Shown one piece after another: positions 8,808 to 18,456 of a stretch of 64,000 nt of DNA. The DNA is from Sedimentisphaerales bacterium. GTDB lineage: Bacteria; Planctomycetota; Phycisphaerae; Sedimentisphaerales; SM23-30. Within the stretch, counting starts at the first letter, position 1. Each line of letters starts with the position of its first letter. The notes under the pieces are model-generated. The model ran no database searches, was not told the DNA's origin, and saw only the letters and a list, made by a program, of their open reading frames with translations. Location: positions 79,095 through 143,094 of the forward strand of contig CAXXMR010000027.1 of assembly GCA_963663805.2 (NCBI GenBank), in the 5' to 3' direction. The translations under genes were made by a program, and so were the position numbers.

Positions 8808-10194
8808 AAATATTTTGATTACGTTTGCGTTCCTTTCTTTGACAACTTTTTATGGCTGTACTCATCAGGCGGGCCAGCCTCAGCCTCGCCTGGAAGTGCC
8901 CGCAGAATTCACTCAAAGCGGCACTGAACCCCTGCCCGATAAATGGTGGCAGAGCCTGAACGACCCTCAGTTAAACGAGCTTATCGAGCAAGCCTTAAAC
9001 GACAGCTTTACTCTGAAATCCGCCTGGGACCGTCTCAGTCAGGCTGAGTTAGCCGCCATCAAGACCGGCAGTTATATCCTGCCTGCCGCGACCTACTCAG
9101 CCGGTTACGATCGCAGTCGTGTTGAAACCAACAGTACCACAACCTACCAAAGCGAATATTCCGCGGCCCTGGTGTTGTCTTACGAGCTGGACCTCTGGGG
9201 CAAAATCCGCTCCGACCGCCAGGCGGCCCTTGAAGATGTCGAAGTGTCACGCAATTCCCTTTGCACTGCCGCGTTGACGTTAAGCTCCGCTATAGCCAAA
9301 ACGTATTTTCAACTGGCAGAAACTCAAGTTCAAAACCAAGTTTTGAACGCCCAGCTTAAAGCTAATCAGGACTATCTCCAAATCATCGAACTTCAGTTCT
9401 CTCAGGGTCTGGTCTGGGCCCCTGACATTCTCCGCCAGCGTCAGCTCATCGAATCGACCCAGGGTAAAATCATCCAGAACCATCAGCAGAACATCCTCCT
9501 CCAGCACCAGTTGGCCATCCTCATCGGCCAACCGCCCGCATCTTACTGGAATGATACGGATTTTTTCCTGGCAGCACTCGGTTCATTGCCGGAAGTAACC
9601 CCTCCGTCCGTACTTCTCCAGCGTCGTCCCGATGTCCTCCAGGCCTTGCATAATGTCCGGGCCGCTGATTACCGGGCGGCTTCGGCTCTGGCTGACCGCT
9701 ACCCTACTATCTCTCTCTCGGCCTCGGGTCGAACTTCCGCCGAGCGTATCAGTGATCTTTTTGACGACTGGGCCGCCAATCTCGCCGCCGGTATCGCCGG
9801 GCCGCTATTCGACGCGGGTCTGCGTGATGCCGAAGCCAAACGTCGTCAGGCCCTGCTGTCAGAAACCATTAACAATTATTCCCAAACCGTACTAACCGCT
9901 CTGGGAGAAGTTGAGGATGCGCTGACGCGCGAAAAATATCAGCGTGACTATCTCGTCAATCTCCATAAGCAGCTCGACTTGTCAAACCAAACTCTGGAAC
10001 GCACCCGCGAACGTTATATAAGCGGCCAAACCGATTATCTCCGCGTCCTGGACGCGCTCATTTCCAGCCAGACTCTGCAATTAACCGAAGTTAGTGCCCG
10101 ACGAGGCCTTATCGAAAACCGTATCGACCTCTGCAAATCACTGGCCGGGGCCTGGCAGATGAAAAAGCCAGACAAGCAAATCGCAAACTTTTAG
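8800..10194 (+). CDS. Outer membrane efflux lipoprotein (TolC/NodT family)
   Basis: Lipobox FYGC; WWQSLNDPQL, SYELDLWGK, LLQRRPDV. Confidence 0.9.
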   Translation: MAKNILITFAFLSLTTFYGCTHQAGQPQPRLEVPAEFTQSGTEPLPDKWWQSLNDPQLNELIEQALNDSFTLKSAWDRLSQAELAAIKTGSYILPAATYSAGYDRSRVETNSTTTYQSEYSAALVLSYELDLWGKIRSDRQAALEDVEVSRNSLCTAALTLSSAIAKTYFQLAETQVQNQVLNAQLKANQDYLQIIELQFSQGLVWAPDILRQRQLIESTQGKIIQNHQQNILLQHQLAILIGQPPASYWNDTDFFLAALGSLPEVTPPSVLLQRRPDVLQALHNVRAADYRAASALADRYPTISLSASGRTSAERISDLFDDWAANLAAGIAGPLFDAGLRDAEAKRRQALLSETINNYSQTVLTALGEVEDALTREKYQRDYLVNLHKQLDLSNQTLERTRERYISGQTDYLRVLDALISSQTLQLTEVSARRGLIENRIDLCKSLAGAWQMKKPDKQIANF

Positions 10195-10230
10195 AATAAC
10201 CCTTGTAAATGTTTTCGGAGCAAATTCCCT

Positions 10231-11439
10231 ATGAAAACCATGCTCAAGCTCATTATCGCTGCTGTAATCCTCGTTGGAGGGTTGCTTATCGCTCGCTATT
10301 ACATCGACACCAAACCTGAACCGCAGGCAAAAAAGCGTGGCAAAGATGCGACCATGGTAGAGGTTAAGGAACTCACCAAACAAAATCTCCCAGCCCGCGT
10401 TCAAGCGAACGGGACCGTCAAGCCCGCCCGGCAAATAACCGTTTCACCCGAAGTTACGGGGCGAATTACATTTATCAGCCCGGAAATTATTCCGGGCGGC
10501 CTTGTCAAAAAAGGTCAAACGCTGTTTACCATCGACCCGCGTGATTACCAGAGCATCCTTGAGCAGCGTAAAAGTACGCTGGCTACCGCTCAAAAAAACC
10601 TTAAAGTCGAACTGGGCAATCAGGAAGTGGCCCGCCGGGAATACGAACTGCTCGGTTCGTCGGTTACTGACTCCCAGAAAGCCCTGCTCTTGCGAGTCCC
10701 GCATTTGGAAAGTATCCGGGCGGAACTGGCCTCAGCTCAGGCCGCCCTGGATAAAGCCCTGCTGGATCTGGAACGCTGCACCGTTACCGCACCATTTAAT
10801 GGTATCATCGGTGAAAAATTTGTGGACGAAGGTGCCCGCGTAGCACCGGGCAGCTCCCTGATTACCCTGGTCGGGACCGACCAGTACTGGATAGAAGCCC
10901 TGGTTTTTGTTGACCAGCTTAAATGGCTGGAAATCCCCGAAAATCAGCAACAGAAAGGCTCGTCCGCTCAGGTGTTTTTTTCGGCTGGCTGGGGAGAAGA
11001 TAAATCACTGCCCGGCTATGTTCTGCGTGTCATTCCCGAACTGGAACAGTCTGGCCGGTTAGCCCGCATCCTGGTTGCCGTTGACGACCCTCTGGCACTA
11101 TCGGAACAATCACCTGCCGGTCAGCCGAAACTTCTGATAGACGCTTATGTCAGACTGGAGATTCAGGGACGAATTGTCGAGGATATTTATCCCATTCAGC
11201 GTGAATATATCCATGACGGTGATAAACTCTGGCTCATGGGCTCAGATAAAACCCTGCAATTCCACAAAATCAGCCCGTTGTTCAAAGACCGGGAGGTGGT
11301 TTATGTCAAGAATGGACTCAGCCCGGACCAGAAACTGATTACCACCAATCTTGCCGGCCCGGTCGAAGGGATGTCCTTGCGACTGGAAAACGACAACCCC
11401 GAAACCGCAACGGACAATTCTTCCCGGACTCAGCCCTGA
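10231..11439 (+). CDS. RND periplasmic adaptor (membrane fusion protein)
   Basis: N-terminal TM segment, VSPEVTGRI, coiled coil, TVTAPFNG. Confidence 0.9.
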   Translation: MKTMLKLIIAAVILVGGLLIARYYIDTKPEPQAKKRGKDATMVEVKELTKQNLPARVQANGTVKPARQITVSPEVTGRITFISPEIIPGGLVKKGQTLFTIDPRDYQSILEQRKSTLATAQKNLKVELGNQEVARREYELLGSSVTDSQKALLLRVPHLESIRAELASAQAALDKALLDLERCTVTAPFNGIIGEKFVDEGARVAPGSSLITLVGTDQYWIEALVFVDQLKWLEIPENQQQKGSSAQVFFSAGWGEDKSLPGYVLRVIPELEQSGRLARILVAVDDPLALSEQSPAGQPKLLIDAYVRLEIQGRIVEDIYPIQREYIHDGDKLWLMGSDKTLQFHKISPLFKDREVVYVKNGLSPDQKLITTNLAGPVEGMSLRLENDNPETATDNSSRTQP

Positions 11440-11495
11440 AGCGTTGTAAGCACAAACATATTTTTCGCACAATCAATCTGCGGAGTTAATTTTAT

Positions 11496-14400
11496 ATGAC
11501 CATTAAAGACCCCAATAAAGGCCCCATCGCCTGGATGGTCCAAAATCACGTGACCCCGAATCTGCTGATGCTCACCTTACTGATTGGCGGGTTCTATTTT
11601 GCCTCACAAATCAAACAGGAAGTCTTTCCTGATTTTGAAATGGATATGGTGCGAATTTCCGTGCCCTACCCCGGCTCCACCCCGGAAGATGTTGAACAGG
11701 GCATCATTCTTGTAATCGAAGAAGCCATCCGCGGGCTCGAAGGTGTCAAGGAAACCACCGCTACGGCCTCTGAGGGAGTCGGCGTTGTAACCGCTGAACT
11801 GCTGGAAGGAGCTAATCAGCAGCGGGTCTATCAGGACATAAAGCAGGAAATCGACCGCATAGTAACTTTCCCTGACGACGCCGAAGAACCCGAAGTTTCT
11901 ATGGTCGTCCGCCGCCGGGAAGTAATAAATTTAATTCTTTACGGCGATGTGACCGAATGGGTTCTGCGTGAAATGGCAGAGCGTGTCCGCGACAGCCTGC
12001 TGCAAAGTCCGGGCATAACCCAGGTCGAGTTGGAAGGCGCTCGCGATTACGAAATCATGGTCGAAATCAATCAGGACACCCTGCGAACTTACGGCCTGAC
12101 TCTTGATACCGTCGCCAAAAAAATTGCCGCAACCGCGATTGAACTTCCCGGCGGTACAGTCGAGACTTCCGGCGGCGACATTCTCCTGCGTATGACCGAA
12201 CGACGCGACTGGGCCCGGCAGTATGCCCAGATGCCGATTATCGTTACGCCGGCCGGCTCTGTTATTCGACTCGGTGAGATTGCCGAAGTTCGTGATGATT
12301 TCAAGGATGTTGACCGGGAAGCGTATTTTGATGATATGCGGTCTATCGGCATTGAGGTATATCGCATCGGTGACCAGACCCCCATCGGGGTGGCTGACGC
12401 AACCCTGACAGCCATGGGGGAAATCGAGAACACGCTACCGAAAGGAATCAACTGGACCGTTGGTCGTGACATGTCCGACATCTACCGCCAGCGTCTGGAA
12501 CTGCTGCTGAAAAACGCGGCCATGGGGCTGGTGCTGGTGCTGATATTGCTTGGGCTGTTTCTGGAAATCAAACTGGCCTTCTGGGTCACCATGGGGATTC
12601 CCATCTCGTTCCTGGGCAGTTTTTTGTTTTTGCCCTCAATAAGCGTAACCATCAACATGATTTCCATGTTCGCTTTTATCGTAGCGCTGGGCATCGTGGT
12701 TGACGACGCGATCGTGGTCGGCGAAAACATCTACGAATATCGCAATCGCGGTATGACCTATCGCCAGGCGGCAATCCAGGGCGCACGCGATGTAATGGTC
12801 CCGGTAGTGTTCAGCATTCTAACCAATATTGTCGCGTTTCTGCCTTTGATGTTCATTCCGGGCTTCATGGGTAAAATCTGGATAGTAATTCCCATGGTGG
12901 TAATTACGGTATTTTCCATTTCGCTATTTGAGTGTCTGTTCATCCTGCCGGCGCATCTGGCCCCGGAAAGACAAAAGCCCGACAAAGCGGTTTTACACTT
13001 TGTTCATACCCACCAGCAGCGGTTCAGCAAATCGTATGAAAGATTCATCCAAAACCGGTTCGGCCCGTTTCTGGATTTTTGTATTAAGTGGCGTACTCTG
13101 ACTTTGGCGGCATCTTTTGCTATCTTGATAATCGTAATTGGTTATGTCCTGGGCGGTCGTATCGGCACAACCCTGATGCCGCGGGTGGAGTCGGATTATT
13201 CGGTGGTAACCGCGACGTTGCCGGTGGGCTCGCCTCTGGAGCACAGCCGGTCCGTCAGTAGACGGCTGACTCAGGCGGCATATCGGCTTATCGAGAAAAA
13301 CGGCGGCGAAAAACTTTCCAAAGGGGTATTCACCGAAATCAACGAAAACACGGTTGAAGCCCGCATATATTTAACCGAACCAGATATTCGCCCTATCAGC
13401 ACTGCAAAAATTACGGAATTGTGGCGGCAGGCAGTAGGCGAAATCGCGGGCTTGCAGATGCTTCGTTTTGAAGCCGACCGGGGCGGTCCCGGCGGCGGTG
13501 CGTCACTGACAGTCGAACTCAGTCATCGCAATATCGATGTTCTGGACCGGGCCAGTGCTGACCTGGCGGAAATCCTGGCGGACTTCCCCAATGTCAAAGA
13601 CCTCGACGACGGCTATACCCCCGGCAAAGAACAAATCGCCTTCAAAATCACCCCGGAAGGTCAGGCCCTGGGACTGACTGTTGCTGACATTGCCCGGCAG
13701 GTACGTTATGCGTTTTATGGTGCCGAGGCCCTGCGTCAGCAGCGTGGAAGAAATGAGGTCCGCGTTCGCGTAATACTGCCCGAAAATCAGCGTAACAGTG
13801 AATACGATTTGGAGCAGCTCTTGATTACCACCAGCCAGGGCAAATATGTCCCGCTGATGCAGGTTGCCGAGGTCGAACGCGGTCGGTCATACACTTCAAT
13901 CGATCGCCGCAATGCCCGACGAACAGTTACCGTCACCGCAAACGCGACACCCGACGAGGAAGCCACGCTGATTCAAGAAAAACTCAGCGTCGACATCCTG
14001 CCCAGGATGTCACAAAAATATCCGGGCCTGTCTTACGGCTTCGAAGGCCGTCAGGCTGATATGGCCGAAAGCATGGGCAGTCTGGTCAGCGGATTTATCA
14101 TCGCGATTCTAATGATTTATGTGCTGCTAGCAATTCCGTTCAAAAGCTATTTTCAACCCATGATTGTTATGATGGCAATACCATTCGGCATTGTCGGCGC
14201 GGTTCTGGGCCATGTCATCATGGGTTACGGCAGTTTGAGCATAATGAGTTTGATGGGTATTGTCGCGCTTTCCGGCGTTGTGGTCAACGACTCACTTGTC
14301 CTGATTAGCACTGCCAATGAAATGCGTAAGCAGAGTAATCTCAGTGCTTTCGAAGCGATTCATCAGGCGGGGATAAGGCGTTTTCGCCCTATCATGCTGA

Positions 14401-14594
14401 CCACCCTGACAACTTTCGGGGGGCTGAGCCCTATGATAATGGAAACTTCCCGGCAGGCCCGGTTTATGATTCCCATGGCAATATCACTTGGATTCGGCAT
14501 TCTGTTTGCTACAGGAATTACCCTGGTGGTTGTACCATGCTTGTATATGGTGATTGAAGACTGGGGCCGTGGATTACGTAAGTTATTAGATTAG
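11496..14594 (+). CDS. RND efflux permease (AcrB/CzcA-like)
   Basis: 1032 aa; GIVVDDAIVVGENI, GVVVNDSLVL, RFRPIMLTTLTT. Confidence 0.95.
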   Translation: MTIKDPNKGPIAWMVQNHVTPNLLMLTLLIGGFYFASQIKQEVFPDFEMDMVRISVPYPGSTPEDVEQGIILVIEEAIRGLEGVKETTATASEGVGVVTAELLEGANQQRVYQDIKQEIDRIVTFPDDAEEPEVSMVVRRREVINLILYGDVTEWVLREMAERVRDSLLQSPGITQVELEGARDYEIMVEINQDTLRTYGLTLDTVAKKIAATAIELPGGTVETSGGDILLRMTERRDWARQYAQMPIIVTPAGSVIRLGEIAEVRDDFKDVDREAYFDDMRSIGIEVYRIGDQTPIGVADATLTAMGEIENTLPKGINWTVGRDMSDIYRQRLELLLKNAAMGLVLVLILLGLFLEIKLAFWVTMGIPISFLGSFLFLPSISVTINMISMFAFIVALGIVVDDAIVVGENIYEYRNRGMTYRQAAIQGARDVMVPVVFSILTNIVAFLPLMFIPGFMGKIWIVIPMVVITVFSISLFECLFILPAHLAPERQKPDKAVLHFVHTHQQRFSKSYERFIQNRFGPFLDFCIKWRTLTLAASFAILIIVIGYVLGGRIGTTLMPRVESDYSVVTATLPVGSPLEHSRSVSRRLTQAAYRLIEKNGGEKLSKGVFTEINENTVEARIYLTEPDIRPISTAKITELWRQAVGEIAGLQMLRFEADRGGPGGGASLTVELSHRNIDVLDRASADLAEILADFPNVKDLDDGYTPGKEQIAFKITPEGQALGLTVADIARQVRYAFYGAEALRQQRGRNEVRVRVILPENQRNSEYDLEQLLITTSQGKYVPLMQVAEVERGRSYTSIDRRNARRTVTVTANATPDEEATLIQEKLSVDILPRMSQKYPGLSYGFEGRQADMAESMGSLVSGFIIAILMIYVLLAIPFKSYFQPMIVMMAIPFGIVGAVLGHVIMGYGSLSIMSLMGIVALSGVVVNDSLVLISTANEMRKQSNLSAFEAIHQAGIRRFRPIMLTTLTTFGGLSPMIMETSRQARFMIPMAISLGFGILFATGITLVVVPCLYMVIEDWGRGLRKLLD

Positions 14595-14604
14595 AGCATT
14601 TTAC

Positions 14605-14647
14605 AAAAGGCAAGGAGGTCTTCCTCTATCCGAAGACGACCTCCTTG
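14605..14647. terminator. Hairpin after the RND operon (U tract on the minus strand)
   Basis: caaggaggtc...gacctccttg perfect 10-bp stem, preceded by aaaa. Confidence 0.55.
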
Positions 14648-14939
14648 AAGAGAGAAGAAGTTGCGATATTAATAGGCGCAGCGGATAAAAAAAGCCTCGA
14701 TTACCACTCCCGCGCTTTTGGCCGGTTGGTGCCAGCCCTCTCGCCCTCTCCCTTAAAAGGGGTTTTTGTCATATCCAAAAACCAACTCCACTCAATACCG
14801 CCCATTGTACGAAGTTGAAATCGCGGTGTCTATCGTGGTAATTACGGTATTTTTCAATTTTTTCAAAAAAACTGCGGTGCGTAAGTGCTTATTTTAGTCA
14901 GCCGAAAAGCGGGGGCATAAAGCTATTAATATCTGTCTG

Positions 14940-14968
14940 TTGCCGATTTGCATTCGGACCATTATAAT
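14940..14968 (+). promoter_or_regulatory. sigma70-type promoter
   Basis: TTGCCG-17-TATAAT. Confidence 0.6.
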
Positions 14969-14996
14969 GACGTTAGAATCTGATGAAAGGTGCTTG

Positions 14997-15266
14997 ATGA
15001 AATATATTTTCGCCTTTATTGCCGGCCTGATAATGTTCTTCGCCACCACTTTCCTGACAGGAATGGGGTTTAGTGTCTTGCTGCCGGAGAGTTTTAACGG
15101 CCATTTCATCACACTCAACGCTATTGAGGTTAATATTCCTGGGATTGTTGGGATTATCCTCGGCGGGCTGGTAGCGACCAGCACTTTCCGGGCCTCATTA
15201 ACCGCTAAAACCGGCAAGCTCTATCGCCCCAAAGAAGATAGCGAGAATCACACGCAGCAGCCGTAA
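14997..15266 (+). CDS. Small hypothetical membrane protein (two TM segments)
   Basis: RBS GAAAGG; two hydrophobic segments. Confidence 0.6.
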   Translation: MKYIFAFIAGLIMFFATTFLTGMGFSVLLPESFNGHFITLNAIEVNIPGIVGIILGGLVATSTFRASLTAKTGKLYRPKEDSENHTQQP

Positions 15267-15309
15267 CAGGATAAGAATACAAATCTGCCCGAATAAATCA
15301 GGAGCAGGC

Positions 15310-15834
15310 GTGCTGGAGTTTATTACCGACAGAGAGATATACGAACAGGTAATCTGTGAACAGGTGACACGGGCCCGCGATTTCGCCTGGATCGCCACAG
15401 CCGACATAAAAGATATGTATGTCGAAAAAAACGGACGAAAGGTCCCGTTTCTGGAAATCCTTTCCGATCTGGTCGGTAATAACGTTGAACTGCGATTACT
15501 CCACGCCAAAGAGCCCGGCCCAGCCTTTAGGGAGGACTTCGACCGATACCCCAATTTGCTAAACGGACTGGAGAGAATTTTATGCCCCCGTGTACACTTC
15601 AAATCCGTAATCCTTGACGGCCGATTCGCCTATACCGGCTCAGCCAACCTCACCGGAGCAGGCATGGGTGCCAAAAGCCCAAACCGACGCAACTTTGAAA
15701 ACGGCATCATCACCGACGCCCCGGAAATCGTCGATAAAATCATGGAGCAGTTCGACCAGATTTGGCAGGGAGCAAATTGCCGGGCCTGTCAGCGTAAAAA
15801 ATACTGCGCCGATTACAAAGACCTGCTCGCCTGA
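15310..15834 (+). CDS. Single-domain phospholipase D/Nuc superfamily protein
   Basis: HFKSVILD (HxK4xD), GSANLT, NFENG; C-terminal CRACQRKKYC. Confidence 0.85.
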   Translation: MLEFITDREIYEQVICEQVTRARDFAWIATADIKDMYVEKNGRKVPFLEILSDLVGNNVELRLLHAKEPGPAFREDFDRYPNLLNGLERILCPRVHFKSVILDGRFAYTGSANLTGAGMGAKSPNRRNFENGIITDAPEIVDKIMEQFDQIWQGANCRACQRKKYCADYKDLLA

Positions 15835-15893
15835 TTAGTATTGCTGTTCATAGCGGAAAAAAAGCGAACAGTTAAGTCCGCCTTATTATTTGA

Positions 15894-17249
15894 CTATTCT
15901 GTTTTCGGCATTTCTACCAGATTTTCAACTTTGATAATCCGCGTACCGCTTATCGGGTCAACCTCTGCCAAGCCAATAATGGAAACATCCTTATCAACCC
16001 ATCCCCCCAAATCAAGCTGGTCATGGGCTGGCACGACATAGGCTTCGATTTCGCCCTGCTTGTTGAAAATCAGGTAGCGACGATTGTCGGTAGGTGCCGT
16101 AAAAATCGCCGAGGCCACGAGTTTGCCCTGCAAGGCCATCTCTTGGGGATTATCGGCTGAGGCACTGACCGCGACGAGACTTTCGACTCTTTCGTCAATC
16201 TTCGCCAGAGACTGAGCCAGCAGCTTATCCTGCTGCTGCGACTGCTGGACAGCCGCAACCGCCAGTTCATTACGATTGACAAGCCGGGAAAGACTGCTCA
16301 GTGACCCCTTGATTGAGGGCAGTTTGGTCTTCTCGGACAAATCGGCAATCGCCTGGCGAACAGCTGCGAAATCCTGACTTGCCAGCGGCTTGGCAATCTC
16401 GGCCTGATAAAGTGCGACCGTGTTACGATAAAGCTTACGGTCCAGGTCAGCCTCGGTCAGCACACCCGGAGCGTGCGGGCCGTCGCCCAGAACTTTTTCT
16501 CTGGCGGCATTGACGTATTCCCGAATTGCGTCTTTGTCAGCCCCGCCGGTCCGTTCGATAAAATCCAGTGCCACCCAGAAATAAGTGTCCGGCGGACAGA
16601 CAATTTCGTAATATTCATCGCGTTCACCAATAATATGTACCAAATCGCCCTTGTTCAGCTTGGTCTGGACCACATCGGCATTTGCCGGCGGAACCTTGAT
16701 GCTGCCCGCCCGAACCCGGACATTCTCACCTGTAATCACGCCGAGCTTAGTCGCTTTTGTCGCTTCTTCGGCCTCTGCCGCAGCGGGCATATCTTTGATT
16801 TCTACAAACTGTTTGGCGATATAACTGAAACATTCGGGGGTAGGATAAATCTGGGCAAAACCCTGCTTAACGTTATTAACAATAACGCTGCTGCCCTTTT
16901 TCAGCTGCCCCACCGGGTAGTAAATGGTTGCAGGCCCCGTGCGAATATTCACATCGTCACCGATAATACGAGCCATAAAAGCAGACGCAGCAGGGACTTC
17001 CGCGACATCGGCATCCTCAGTCGGCTCAGGAACCTGAACTTCCTCAACCGGTCGCTCTGCGGCCGTTTCTTTGTTCTCAGCCACAGGGTTAGATGGAGTC
17101 TTGACCGTTGGCGGAATGATTTCCTGCTCCTGATTCTCGACTACCGGAGCGATCTTATCCTCGGTCTGAGCTGGACAAACAGAAACACCAATCACAAAAA
17201 TAACCGTAACCGCCATAGCTGACAGATATTTAATACGATGGGTAAACAT
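15894..17249 (-). CDS. Secreted protein with two bacterial SH3 domains
   Basis: Signal peptide; GDDVNIRTGP and GENVRVRAG SH3b repeats; helical C-terminal region. Confidence 0.8.
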   Translation of the reverse strand: MFTHRIKYLSAMAVTVIFVIGVSVCPAQTEDKIAPVVENQEQEIIPPTVKTPSNPVAENKETAAERPVEEVQVPEPTEDADVAEVPAASAFMARIIGDDVNIRTGPATIYYPVGQLKKGSSVIVNNVKQGFAQIYPTPECFSYIAKQFVEIKDMPAAAEAEEATKATKLGVITGENVRVRAGSIKVPPANADVVQTKLNKGDLVHIIGERDEYYEIVCPPDTYFWVALDFIERTGGADKDAIREYVNAAREKVLGDGPHAPGVLTEADLDRKLYRNTVALYQAEIAKPLASQDFAAVRQAIADLSEKTKLPSIKGSLSSLSRLVNRNELAVAAVQQSQQQDKLLAQSLAKIDERVESLVAVSASADNPQEMALQGKLVASAIFTAPTDNRRYLIFNKQGEIEAYVVPAHDQLDLGGWVDKDVSIIGLAEVDPISGTRIIKVENLVEMPKTE

Positions 17250-17300
17250 GAGCGTATCTCCCGGGGTAAATGAAATAAAGCCACTTTTTCGCAAGCCGAT

Positions 17301-17329
17301 AACATAACCTATCAGAGTAAGATTGTCAA
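17301..17329 (-). promoter_or_regulatory. sigma70-type promoter of the SH3 gene
   Basis: TTGACA-17-TATGTT on the minus strand. Confidence 0.55.
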
Positions 17330-17340
17330 TCATTATACAG

Positions 17341-17415
17341 GACAGGGCCAATGTCGTGCGTCATTATGAATACTCGCCCTTCGGCAACGAGACCTATGTC
17401 GCTGATAGTGTAGCA
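17341..17415 (+). pseudogene. Rhs repeat-associated core remnant
   Basis: Translates DRANVVRHYEYSPFGNETYVADSVA, resembling the Rhs core motif GxVVxxYxYxPFG. Confidence 0.5.
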
Positions 17416-17673
17416 AAGGGAGATACAATGGCTGGCTTCTTGTTCAAAACTTTAAGGATTCTCACCGGCAGTAATCAAAAAAAACTAAAATCATAAAAAT
17501 TCTCTTGATTTGGTAAGGCGTTCGACTATAATCAGGACGTGTTGTGAGGTTCTTTTATGTGCCTTGCTGGTGTTGTGTGCAATAAGTGCCGTATTTGTGT
17601 GTGGTTACGGTTTCTTTGGAATTAAATATACTGGCAGTTTTCTGCCGAATTTACGAAATCAGGAGGAAATGTT

Positions 17674-18123
17674 ATGAAGAAATTGCTTCTGGGGGTTGTA
17701 CTAGCTCTTGCTTTGGTCGCTGTTCCTGCTTATGGTTTTCAGGCTGCCACGTCGATTACTATTTGTAAGGTGACTCCCGAAAACCCCAACAGTACGGAGT
17801 TGTTTTCGTTTACGGGTTGCTGGTTTGACACCGGCGATACTCTCGAATTGGGTAACGGCGATTGTGAGACCTACGAATTGGATCCCGGTTGCTACACAAT
17901 TATCGAGTTGATTCCGGCTGGCTGGCAGCTTGATTCGATAACTGTTTCGCCAAATCAGCCGGATGCAGTTATTGCTCTTGCTCAGGGTTTGGTAGTTGTG
18001 AATCTTGAGTTGGATGAAAATATCATAATTACCTACAGTAATTCAGTAGTTCCAGAGCCAGCGACAGTTGGTTTCTTGACTTTGGGCAGCTTAATGTTCA
18101 TTCGTCGTCGTAAAGCTAAGTAA
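17674..18123 (+). CDS. Small PEP-CTERM protein (beta-sandwich domain)
   Basis: RBS AGGAGG; signal peptide; VPEPATVGFLTLGSLMFIRRRKAK; upstream TTGATT-16-TATAAT at 17505-17532. Confidence 0.85.
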   Translation: MKKLLLGVVLALALVAVPAYGFQAATSITICKVTPENPNSTELFSFTGCWFDTGDTLELGNGDCETYELDPGCYTIIELIPAGWQLDSITVSPNQPDAVIALAQGLVVVNLELDENIIITYSNSVVPEPATVGFLTLGSLMFIRRRKAK

Positions 18124-18152
18124 CATACTGTAAAATAAGTAGTTTATCAATT

Positions 18153-18205
18153 CTGCCCGCATGGATCCCTGTTAATTCGGGGCTCGATGCGGGCAGTTTT
18201 TTTTT
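18153..18205 (+). terminator. Rho-independent terminator
   Basis: ctgcccgcat...atgcgggcag plus T9. Confidence 0.8.
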
Positions 18206-18355
18206 GGGCTTTTCGGGGGCTTTTCCACCATTATTGTTAAATATGTCAAGATAGGTAATTTGGTCCTGTTAAAATGCGTAGTTTGCCTATATTGCCCTGT
18301 GGTTTGTAGTAAACTAACAGAACCAATAGTGAATTAACAAATCCTGCCAAGTCGT

Positions 18356-18384
18356 TTGACAGTACTGATATTGGGTGGTATACT
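18356..18384 (+). promoter_or_regulatory. sigma70 promoter of dnaG-rpoD
   Basis: TTGACA-17-TATACT with TG extension. Confidence 0.7.
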
Positions 18385-18456
18385 TTCGTGATTTAAGAGA
18401 TATTGAGAAGTTGTTGGCGTTCTCCACGAGGGGCGATTGTATAGAAGAAGGAAGCT

